29,596 nucleotides of DNA from IMG/VR virus record IMGVR_UViG_2541047905_000021; one strand, written 5' to 3'. Below the pieces are notes generated by a model. That model worked only from the letters and a program-made list of their open reading frames with translations, was not told the origin of the DNA and searched no databases. This document shows positions 1-6,873 of the stretch, piece after piece. The first letter of the stretch is position 1; each line of letters opens with the position of its first letter. The position numbers and the translations under genes were made by a program. The stretch comes from a virus. Taxonomy: Duplodnaviria; Heunggongvirae; Uroviricota; Caudoviricetes.

Positions 1-981
1 TTATAACGTCACTCCGCCTTTTAGAGGATTCAGCGCGACGGCATTTTGCAGGTAGTCAGGCGCAAGGTGCGCATAGGCCATCGTCTGCTGAATGCTCGCA
101 TGTCCCAGAATCTGTTGCAGTGCGATTATATTGCCCCCATTCATCATGAAATGGCTTGCGAATGTATGCCGCAGGATGTGGGTTGCCTGATTGGGTGGTA
201 TATCTGGCTTCACTCTGCGTAAAATCCCGCAAAACTTCTCATAATCAACTTTGAATAATTTAGCGCTGGCCTCCTCTTTAACTTTTTTCTCCAGTTCCTC
301 AGAAATCGGCACGGTTCGCTTTTTACCGTTTTTGGTTTTCAGGAAGGTAACCCTGCAATTTGTAATCTGTGCTGGTTTTAGCGTGGCAACTTCCGTCCAT
401 CTTCCTCCAGTGCTCAGACATAAAAGTGCGACAAGTAAGTCATCACCATCCAAAACATTTAACAGTTTTTCGATTTCTGCTTTTTCCAGGAACGTCATTT
501 CAGGGTTGGCCTCCGCCAGTGGCGGCAGTCCGTGAATTGGGTGTTGCCCGGAAAATTCATCCAATTGAATTAATTTTGTGAACATGCCGGATAATCGGTA
601 CATGTCACGGTTTATCGTTGCGGCACTGATACCATCACGTAGTCGCATGGAACGATAATCCATCAAAGCTCTTTTGCTCATCCGGCTCACTGGTATATCA
701 CCTATGCCGCTGATGGTTTTGAGCAGATGATTAAACTCTTTTGTTCCATGCTCGTGGTTTTGCCCGTGATATTTCCACCAGATGTCCAGCAACTCACTCA
801 AAGTTCTGCGATCTGCTCGCTGACCTGCCCATTCTTTCTGGCTGGCGTAGGCGATTGTGTATCGCTCAAATGCTACAGCCTCAGCTTTTCTTTCAAATTT
901 CCTGCGGATGCGTTTTCCGTCGCGACCGCGAGGTCTAATGTCCACTTCATAGCGTCCATCATCGAGCTTCTTAATTGACAT
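1..981 (-). CDS. int: Tyrosine integrase, P2 Int family
   Basis: Translation from MSIKKLDDGRYEVDIRP aligns with remembered P2 Int N-terminus (MAIKKLDDGRYEV...) and has the C-terminal catalytic-region motifs HxLRHTFA and LGH...T..YAH. ATG at 981 has a GAGGG Shine-Dalgarno 7 nt upstream; the in-frame ATG at 1011 has none. Confidence 0.9.
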   Translation of the reverse strand: MSIKKLDDGRYEVDIRPRGRDGKRIRRKFERKAEAVAFERYTIAYASQKEWAGQRADRRTLSELLDIWWKYHGQNHEHGTKEFNHLLKTISGIGDIPVSRMSKRALMDYRSMRLRDGISAATINRDMYRLSGMFTKLIQLDEFSGQHPIHGLPPLAEANPEMTFLEKAEIEKLLNVLDGDDLLVALLCLSTGGRWTEVATLKPAQITNCRVTFLKTKNGKKRTVPISEELEKKVKEEASAKLFKVDYEKFCGILRRVKPDIPPNQATHILRHTFASHFMMNGGNIIALQQILGHASIQQTMAYAHLAPDYLQNAVALNPLKGGVTL

Positions 982-1050
982 AAGAAAGCCCTCTGACGCT
1001 GTATTCACCATCTTGGTAACAAATGGTGAAAATGTAATGTTTATAGAGTG

Positions 1051-1344
1051 TTAACCAGTCTGTTTTTCGGAGTGGTCTGATTCTGTTGGTTTTTGCCCAA
1101 TGTGTGCGAGAGCCGGCGCGATCTGACCAGCTTGTGGTGACGTATCACCAGTCATTAACCAGAGCGTATATTTTTTAAATAAAGGCGTATTTGTGACTCG
1201 CATAACGATGCTGAGACCAGGGTCTTTATGCCCACTTTCGTAATTTTTGACTGTTCCTAGAGCTATCCCGCTAATTTCGCTGAATTTCGCCTGTGTTAAG
1301 CCTTCTGCTTTCCTAATCGCTTTCAGTTTTTCGAATGTCTGCAT
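1051..1344 (-). CDS. C: Immunity repressor, P2 C-type, XRE-family helix-turn-helix
   Basis: 97 aa with N-terminal HTH (LTQAKFSEISGIALGTVKNYESG); sits upstream of int on the same strand and divergent from cox, as in P2. Confidence 0.8.
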   Translation of the reverse strand: MQTFEKLKAIRKAEGLTQAKFSEISGIALGTVKNYESGHKDPGLSIVMRVTNTPLFKKYTLWLMTGDTSPQAGQIAPALAHIGQKPTESDHSEKQTG

Positions 1345-1373
1345 TTGACAGTAACCTATTGGTGACTTATATT
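1345..1373 (+). promoter_or_regulatory. Candidate early promoter Pe: -35 TTGACA (1345-1350), 17-bp spacer, -10 TATATT (1368-1373)
   Basis: Near-consensus sigma70 hexamers with optimal spacing read directly from the sequence, oriented toward cox-B-A; the -35 abuts the C start codon. Confidence 0.55.
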
Positions 1374-1400
1374 CCCGTCAAAAGGTTGTGTATTGGTGAC
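1357..1400. promoter_or_regulatory. Candidate C operator: 10-bp direct repeat TATTGGTGAC at 1357-1366 and 1391-1400 flanking the Pe -10
   Basis: Exact direct repeat 34 bp apart straddling the putative -10. P2 C is known to bind direct-repeat operators around the Pe -10; the spacing here differs from what I recall for P2. Confidence 0.4.
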
Positions 1401-1496
1401 CTTTTGGGTGTGTTAGCCAGTCCCTAGAAAGGACAGGGGCGACCTAGAAGGGACTGGATCTAATAAGGGTAACACGAAAGCAAAAAGGGCTAATCA

Positions 1497-1769
1497 ATGG
1501 AAGTCAATGACTATGTGATTCAGTACCCGATTGATGCGGTACATACGGTTAAGTTTGCAGAGTTACTTGGTAAGCCAGAAACGGCTGTAGTAAAGATGGT
1601 AAAAGAGAATAAATTGCCAGTTATTGAGCTTCGTGATCCAAGTAAGCCGAACGCTCGTGTCGGTGAGAAGTGGGTTTTCATTCCAGAGTTTAATCGCGCT
1701 GTACGAGAGGCGTTTTATAACCGACCAGTTGAACAGCGTGATGCATGGCTTTTGTGGATGGGGTTGTGA
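1497..1769 (+). CDS. cox: Cox-like excisionase / early transcriptional regulator
   Basis: 90 aa, first gene of the rightward early operon; resembles remembered P2 Cox (KLPVIELRDP...GEKWVFIPEFN...RDAWLLWMGL). Confidence 0.8.
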   Translation: MEVNDYVIQYPIDAVHTVKFAELLGKPETAVVKMVKENKLPVIELRDPSKPNARVGEKWVFIPEFNRAVREAFYNRPVEQRDAWLLWMGL

Positions 1770-1771
1770 TT

Positions 1772-1942
1772 ATGAGTGAACCGCGTTGTATTGCTCAGTT
1801 ACTGCGTAACGAAAGCCCCAGGGCGATTGACTTCACCATCACCCACGGTAAGGGGCGTAAGGGAATCATTATCCGCACCAAAAAACAGAGTCCGTTAAAA
1901 AAGGCTCTGACCTTTCTGAAAAGCCGGAGGGTCTGGAAATGA
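1772..1942 (+). CDS. Small basic hypothetical protein (early operon)
   Basis: ATG at 1772 directly after the cox stop; 56 aa, Lys/Arg-rich; position corresponds to the small ORF between cox and B in P2. Coding status uncertain. Confidence 0.45.
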   Translation: MSEPRCIAQLLRNESPRAIDFTITHGKGRKGIIIRTKKQSPLKKALTFLKSRRVWK

Positions 1943-2439
1943 CAGTGATGACGCTTAATCTCGTTGAAAAACAGCCAGCAGCTATGCGCCGGATAGTTGG
2001 TAAGCATCTGGCCGTCCCTCGCTGGCAGGAGACATGTGATTATTATAATCAGATGATGGAACGCGAACGGCTAACAGTTTGCTTTCATGCGCAGTTAAAA
2101 CAACGTCACGCAACGATGCGTTTTGAAGAAATGAACGACGTCGAACGTGAACGGCTGGTTTGTGCAATTGATGAACTGCGTGGGGCATTCTCAAAACGCC
2201 GTCAGGTTGGCGCAAGTGAGTATGCATATATTAGTTTTTTAACAGTCAGTCAGCGTCGTACTTTATTTATGCATGCCGGATTGACTGAAAAAGAATTCAA
2301 CCAGCCATACTGGCGAATTAATGAAGAGTCATGTTACTGGCGTGATGCTTTATTCCGTGCATTACGTGAATTATTCAGCCTGTTTGAGTATGCACCGACA
2401 ATTCTGACGTCGGTAAAACCAGAGCAATATCTGCATTAA
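1939..2439 (+). CDS. B: Replication protein B (helicase-loader-like)
   Basis: 166 aa, GGAGG Shine-Dalgarno at 1926-1930; same length and position as P2 gpB. Confidence 0.8.
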   Translation: MTVMTLNLVEKQPAAMRRIVGKHLAVPRWQETCDYYNQMMERERLTVCFHAQLKQRHATMRFEEMNDVERERLVCAIDELRGAFSKRRQVGASEYAYISFLTVSQRRTLFMHAGLTEKEFNQPYWRINEESCYWRDALFRALRELFSLFEYAPTILTSVKPEQYLH

Positions 2440-2502
2440 GTAATTAACCAGAGTTTTTAACGCACTTAATCGTGCGGGGCTTCTTTTTGCCTGGAGAAAG
2501 TT

Positions 2503-2727
2503 ATGCATACAGTTTCTGAAAATCAGTGCGGTATATACGCATTACTGCTGCAACAGGCCAGAACCGAAGCACAGGCCGACGCTGCGACGCGCTTTTCTTC
2601 TCATCTTGATGCCATGATTCGCCACATCACAAAGGCGGAGTTATCCCGCGTGGAGATAGTCGAGCTGCTCAGTCAGGAGTCGGAAAAATTTCACAATATC
2701 GGATTGTCTCGCGGGGAGGTGCTTTGA
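2503..2727 (+). CDS. Hypothetical early protein
   Basis: 74-aa ORF with a Shine-Dalgarno (GGAGAAAG); stop overlaps the next start (translational coupling). Confidence 0.5.
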
Positions 2728-3029
2728 TGTCCTGTTCTCGTTCAGTTGTATTACTGAATAACGCCTTAAAAATCGCCGTTATGAAAAATGGCGATTTGTC
2801 TCTTATTCAACTTGGTCTTGATAAAGAAAAACACGAAATAACTGAGTCTGTTATCGCGATTTATCAGAACGAATTAAACCTCCTGTCTGATGTGGTCAAT
2901 TTACTTGTTAAACGCGCTGTGTTTCACAAGCAAATCTCCTCCGTGGATGAACTGACGAAATTAACGACAGAAATCGCCAGCTATTGCGCTGATGAATTTA
3001 AAAACCTTAACGACAAAAGGAACTGGTAA
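2727..3029 (+). CDS. Hypothetical early protein
   Basis: ATG at 2727 preceded by GGGAGG (2713-2718); 100 aa; the track start at 2724 is a TTG. Confidence 0.5.
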   Translation: MSCSRSVVLLNNALKIAVMKNGDLSLIQLGLDKEKHEITESVIAIYQNELNLLSDVVNLLVKRAVFHKQISSVDELTKLTTEIASYCADEFKNLNDKRNW

Positions 3030-3253
3030 TGCCGGACAACGTAGATTTTATTCAGGAACAACAGGCTGAATTACTGGAGCGCCAGATTAACGCGGCAAGG
3101 GTAAAACATTGCGGTGCTTCTGCGCTGGTTTGCGAAGAGTGTGACGCGCCAATACCTGCTGCCCGTCGTGCGGCTTATCCGTCAGCCACGCGTTGTGTTT
3201 CCTGTCAGTCAGTCTTTGAAGCAAAAAACAAGCATTACCGGAGAATGGCATGA
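3029..3253 (+). CDS. TraR/DksA-family C4 zinc-finger protein
   Basis: 74 aa with CEEC...(17 aa)...CVSC spacing typical of the TraR/DksA zinc finger; P2-like early operons carry such a gene. Confidence 0.65.
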   Translation: MPDNVDFIQEQQAELLERQINAARVKHCGASALVCEECDAPIPAARRAAYPSATRCVSCQSVFEAKNKHYRRMA

Positions 3254-3525
3254 GTATTCGTATCGAAATTGGCGAACGTTATGTCGTTACCAGTGACAGC
3301 TTTCAGTTTATTCTCCACGAGAAAAAGAGAGCGGAAAGCGGTAAAAACGCCGGTCAGGAATGGCTGGCGGTGGTTGGTTATTACCCGAAATTAAGCCAGC
3401 TCGTTTCCGGCCTGATGCATCACGATATTCTGACCGGAAGCGCAAAGTCTTTTGCTGATTTAAACGCGCAGGTTGAGCAACTCAGCAAGCGTTGTTCAGA
3501 GGCTTTTGGCTCATATGGCCGTTAA
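3250..3525 (+). CDS. Hypothetical early protein
   Basis: 91-aa ORF, GGAG Shine-Dalgarno at 3239-3242; its 3' end overlaps the A start. Confidence 0.5.
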   Translation: MSIRIEIGERYVVTSDSFQFILHEKKRAESGKNAGQEWLAVVGYYPKLSQLVSGLMHHDILTGSAKSFADLNAQVEQLSKRCSEAFGSYGR

Positions 3526-5791
3526 AGCCTCCGGGCGTTTTGTCCCTCCGTCAACATTTGCTGCAGGTACCGGTAAGACGTTTACCGGTGCTTATGCATG
3601 GAACGCGCCACGCGAGGCCGTCGGGCGCGAAAGACCCCTTACACGTGACGAGATGCGTCAGGTGCAAGGTGTTTTATCCACGATTAACCGCCTGCCTTAC
3701 TTTTTGCGCTCGCTGTTTACTTCACGCTATGACTACATCCGGCGCAATAAAAGCCCGCTACACGGGTTTTATTTCCTCACATCCACTTTTCAGCGTCGTT
3801 TATGGCCGCGTATTGAGCGCGTTAATCAGCGCCATGAAATGAATACCGACGCGTCGTTGCTGTTTCTGGCAGAGCGTGACCATTATGCGCGCCTGCCTGG
3901 AATGAATGACAAGGAGCTGAAAAAGTTTGCCGCCCGTATCTCATCGCAGCTTTTCATGATGTATGAGGAACTCTGCGATGCCTGGGTGGATGCGCATGGC
4001 GAAAAAGAATCGCTGTTTACGGATGAGGCGCAGGCTCACCTGTATGGTCATGTTGCTGGCGCTGCACGTGCTTTCAATATTTCCCCGCTTTTCTGGAAAA
4101 AATACCGTAAAGGACAGATGACCACGAGGCAGGCATATTCTGCCATTGCCCGCCTGTTTAACGATGAGTGGTGGACTCATCAGCTTAAAGGCCAGCGTAT
4201 GCGCTGGCATGAGGCGTTACTGATTGCTGTCGGGGAGGTCAATAAAGACCGTTCACCTTATGCCAGTAAACATGCCATTCGTGATGTGCGTGCGCGCCGC
4301 CAGGCAAATCTGGAATTTCTTAAATCGTGTGACCTTGAAAACAGGGAAACCGGCGAGCGCATCGACCTTATCAGTAAGGTGATGGGCAGTATTTCTAATC
4401 CTGAAATTCGCCGGATGGAGCTGATGAACACCATCGCCGGTATTGAGCGTTACGCCGCCGCAGAGGGTGATGTGGGGATGTTTATCACGCTTACCGCGCC
4501 GTCAAAGTATCACCCGACACGTCAGGTTGGAAAAGGCGAAAATAAAACCGTCCAGCTTAATCACGGCTGGAATGATGAGGCATTTAATCCAAAGGATGCG
4601 CAGCGTTATCTCTGCCGTATCTGGAGCCTGATGCGCACGGCATTCAAGGATAATGATTTACAGGTCTACGGTTTGCGAGTCGTCGAGCCACACCACGACG
4701 GAACGCCGCACTGGCATATGATGCTTTTTTGTAATCCACGCCAGCGTAACCAGATTATCGAAATCATGCGTCGCTATGCGCTCAAAGAGGATGGCGACGA
4801 AAGAGGAGCCGCGCGAAACCGTTTTCAGGCAAAACACCTTAACCGGGGCGGTGCTGCGGGATATATCGCGAAATACATTTCAAAAAATATCGACGGCTAT
4901 GCACTGGATGGTCAGCTCGATAACGATACCGGCAGACCGCTGAAAGATACTGCGGCGGCTGTTACCGCATGGGCGTCAACGTGGCGCATCCCGCAATTTA
5001 AAACGGTTGGCCTGCCGACAATGGGAGCTTACCGTGAGCTACGTAAATTGCCTCGCGGCGTCAGCATTGCTGATGAATTTGACGAACGCGTGGAGGCTGC
5101 ACGCGCCGCCGCAGACAGTGGCGATTTTGCGCTGTATATCAGCGCGCAGGGCGGGGCAAATGTCCCGCGCGATTGTCAGACTGTCAGGGTTGCCCGTAGC
5201 CCGTCGGATGACGTTAACGAGTACGAGGAAGAAGTCGAGAGAGTGGTCGGCATTTACGCGCCGCATCTCGGCGCGCGTCATATTCATATCACCAGAACGA
5301 CGGACTGGCGCATTGTGCCGAAAGTTCCGGTCGTTGAGCCTTTGACTTTAAAAAGCGGCATCGCCGCGCCTCGGAGTCCTGTCAATAACTGTGGAAAGCT
5401 CACTGGTGGTGATACTTCGTTACCGGCTCCCACACCCTCTGAGCACGCCGTAGCAGTGCTTAATCTGGTTGATGACGGTGTCATCGAATGGAGTGACCCG
5501 GAGGTCGTGAGGACGCTCAGGGATGCATTAAAACACGGCCTGAAAACACCAAATCGTCAGCAAAGAAACGGAAGCCCGTTAAAACCACATGAAATAGCAC
5601 CGTCGGCCAGACTGACCCGGTCGGAACGATTGCAAATTACCCGTATCCGCGTTGACCTCGCTCAGAACGGTATCAGGCCGCAACGATGGGAGCTTGAGGC
5701 GCTGGCGCGTGGCGCGACCGTAAATTATGACGGGAAAAAATTCACGTATCCGGTTGCTGATGAGTGGCCGGGGTTCTCGTTACCCATTTGA
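3515..5791 (+). CDS. A: Replication initiation protein A (HUH rolling-circle endonuclease)
   Basis: Large ORF with HUH motif HWHMMLF (about 4709-4729) and paired-tyrosine active-site motif YIAKYISK (about 4861-4884). The track start at 3473 is a TTG; the first ATG is 3515 (759 aa, close to P2 gpA). Confidence 0.9.
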   Translation: MAVKASGRFVPPSTFAAGTGKTFTGAYAWNAPREAVGRERPLTRDEMRQVQGVLSTINRLPYFLRSLFTSRYDYIRRNKSPLHGFYFLTSTFQRRLWPRIERVNQRHEMNTDASLLFLAERDHYARLPGMNDKELKKFAARISSQLFMMYEELCDAWVDAHGEKESLFTDEAQAHLYGHVAGAARAFNISPLFWKKYRKGQMTTRQAYSAIARLFNDEWWTHQLKGQRMRWHEALLIAVGEVNKDRSPYASKHAIRDVRARRQANLEFLKSCDLENRETGERIDLISKVMGSISNPEIRRMELMNTIAGIERYAAAEGDVGMFITLTAPSKYHPTRQVGKGENKTVQLNHGWNDEAFNPKDAQRYLCRIWSLMRTAFKDNDLQVYGLRVVEPHHDGTPHWHMMLFCNPRQRNQIIEIMRRYALKEDGDERGAARNRFQAKHLNRGGAAGYIAKYISKNIDGYALDGQLDNDTGRPLKDTAAAVTAWASTWRIPQFKTVGLPTMGAYRELRKLPRGVSIADEFDERVEAARAAADSGDFALYISAQGGANVPRDCQTVRVARSPSDDVNEYEEEVERVVGIYAPHLGARHIHITRTTDWRIVPKVPVVEPLTLKSGIAAPRSPVNNCGKLTGGDTSLPAPTPSEHAVAVLNLVDDGVIEWSDPEVVRTLRDALKHGLKTPNRQQRNGSPLKPHEIAPSARLTRSERLQITRIRVDLAQNGIRPQRWELEALARGATVNYDGKKFTYPVADEWPGFSLPI

Positions 5792-6051
5792 GTAAAAATA
5801 CAACGTGATTTGATATGGCATTGAATGGCTTATGCGGAGCAGTTATGGGGCAGCAGAAGGTCAATAGCATGCTGAATTAGAAGGCTAAATGCTATTGAGT
5901 GACTAGCATGTCGGTAAGGACAGCCGTTTGATCCTGGTCATAAAAGGCCATCCATTTAGTCTAATAAAATCATTGCGGGTAACCTTATGTCGACGCATAA
6001 TTCGTCTTGAGCGAAGTCTTGTCAGTCTTTCATCGTATTGATGATGGGCGC

Positions 6052-6081
6052 AAAAAAACCACCCTGGCAGGTGGTTTTTTT
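6052..6081. terminator. Bidirectional intrinsic terminator (A-run, CCACC/GGTGG stem, T-run)
   Basis: aaaaaaaCCACCctggcaGGTGGttttttt: 5-bp GC-rich stem flanked by an A7 and a T7 run, so it reads as a terminator on both strands. Confidence 0.7.
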
Positions 6082-6093
6082 GTTTGAAGCATA

Positions 6094-6207
6094 TTAAAGC
6101 ATAATGCTGACATTGATATTACTGACGTTTACTGACAAACCACTCGGACTACCGTTTGGATAGCCAAAGAGGGCCAGAACGAGAATGCAGTAATAGCATT
6201 TCTTCAT
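6094..6207 (-). CDS. Candidate 37-aa small hydrophobic protein, unknown function
   Basis: ATG at 6207 with AGGAGG 4 nt upstream (short spacing); translation MKKCYYCILVLALFGYPNGSPSGLSVNVSNINVSIML; terminator immediately downstream. It is the internal part of the 88-aa track ORF 6094-6360. Confidence 0.3.
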   Translation of the reverse strand: MKKCYYCILVLALFGYPNGSPSGLSVNVSNINVSIML

Positions 6208-6685
6208 ATTGCCTCCTGTAAGTAGAGGGCAACTTCCACCGGTATATGCGCTTCTTAGGTGGAATGACTTTTGAGCGAAGTCTTGCCCTGAAATAATGCT
6301 CTGTTTAAACGCAAAGTGATTTGGCATATCACCGAACAGAGAGCCGGAAAAACACAACATATAGTATGTCGTTGTTTCTAGACATACATTCTATGTTGTG
6401 TAACAAGGGCTTTGCATTAAACATGTTTGAGATTTTATTGATGTAGCTCAAAGTAAAAAACAGAGACTACGGATGATAAGGTCTTGAAAGCAATGTAAAT
6501 TTTTTAAAGTTGCCAATTGCTTAAAAATGTACAGTTGCGGTATGGCGTACTTAAAAAGCTATGCATGCAACAAGTGAATGTTTTTGCATGCGTTGGGGAT
6601 GTCCGTTCAGGCTGCGTGCGGTCAGGACTGGTGCGGATCCATAGTATCTATGCAACTGCATTAAAACCGCCCCGTGAAGCGGGCG

Positions 6686-6704
6686 GGCGAGGCGGGGAAA
6701 GCAC
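6686..6704. other. cos site (19-nt cohesive-end sequence GGCGAGGCGGGGAAAGCAC)
   Basis: Exact match to the P2 cohesive-end sequence as I recall it, in a GC-rich stretch just right of the A locus and left of Q, where cos lies in P2-like prophages. Confidence 0.6.
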
Positions 6705-6844
6705 TGCGCGCTGGCGGTGGTGCTGATTTTATTTTTTCGGCGTCTCAGCGCGTCGTGATGGCGTTTAGATTGTGTGCCGGGGCGTCGGTGTGTCTGCGGG
6801 CTGTTTTGCGTGGAGGTGAGCGTGTGAGGGCGTGATGACGGGGT

Positions 6845-6868
6845 GTAAAAAAGCCGCCCGCAGGCGGC
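6845..6868 (-). terminator. Intrinsic terminator after Q (leftward operon)
   Basis: On the minus strand: GCCGCC-tgcg-GGCGGC hairpin followed by TTTTTT, directly after the Q stop codon. Confidence 0.5.
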
Positions 6869-6873
6869 GATGT

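Noticed and set aside
1-60. Searched for a copy of the window's left-end sequence near ogr/fieF to define the att core
   Set aside because: No match seen between positions 1-60 and 28458-28693; the window begins exactly at the int stop, so attL and its core copy are presumably just outside the window.
982-1011. Longer integrase start at 1011
   Set aside because: The ATG at 981 has a GAGGG Shine-Dalgarno at proper spacing and aligns with the remembered P2 Int N-terminus; the upstream ATG has none.
3473-3514. Upstream TTG start for A at 3473
   Set aside because: The first ATG at 3515 gives a length close to P2 gpA, and the TTG extension overlaps the preceding ORF by over 50 nt; neither start has a strong Shine-Dalgarno, so this is a judgement call.
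6094-6360. Full 88-aa version of the minus-strand ORF in the cargo locus
   Set aside because: The upstream 51 codons have no ribosome-binding site and run through the repeat and promoter-like region; only the internal ATG at 6207 with AGGAGG looks translatable, so I report the 37-codon form, itself at low confidence.
6517-6726. 69-aa plus-strand ORF spanning the cos site
   Set aside because: Runs across the cohesive-end sequence and GC-rich packaging region, has no ribosome-binding site, and its translation is Arg/Gly-rich.
5792-6873. Retron, reverse transcriptase or a larger defence gene in the A-cos cargo locus
   Set aside because: There is no ORF longer than about 90 codons on either strand in this interval, so a protein-based defence system of known type cannot be encoded here.
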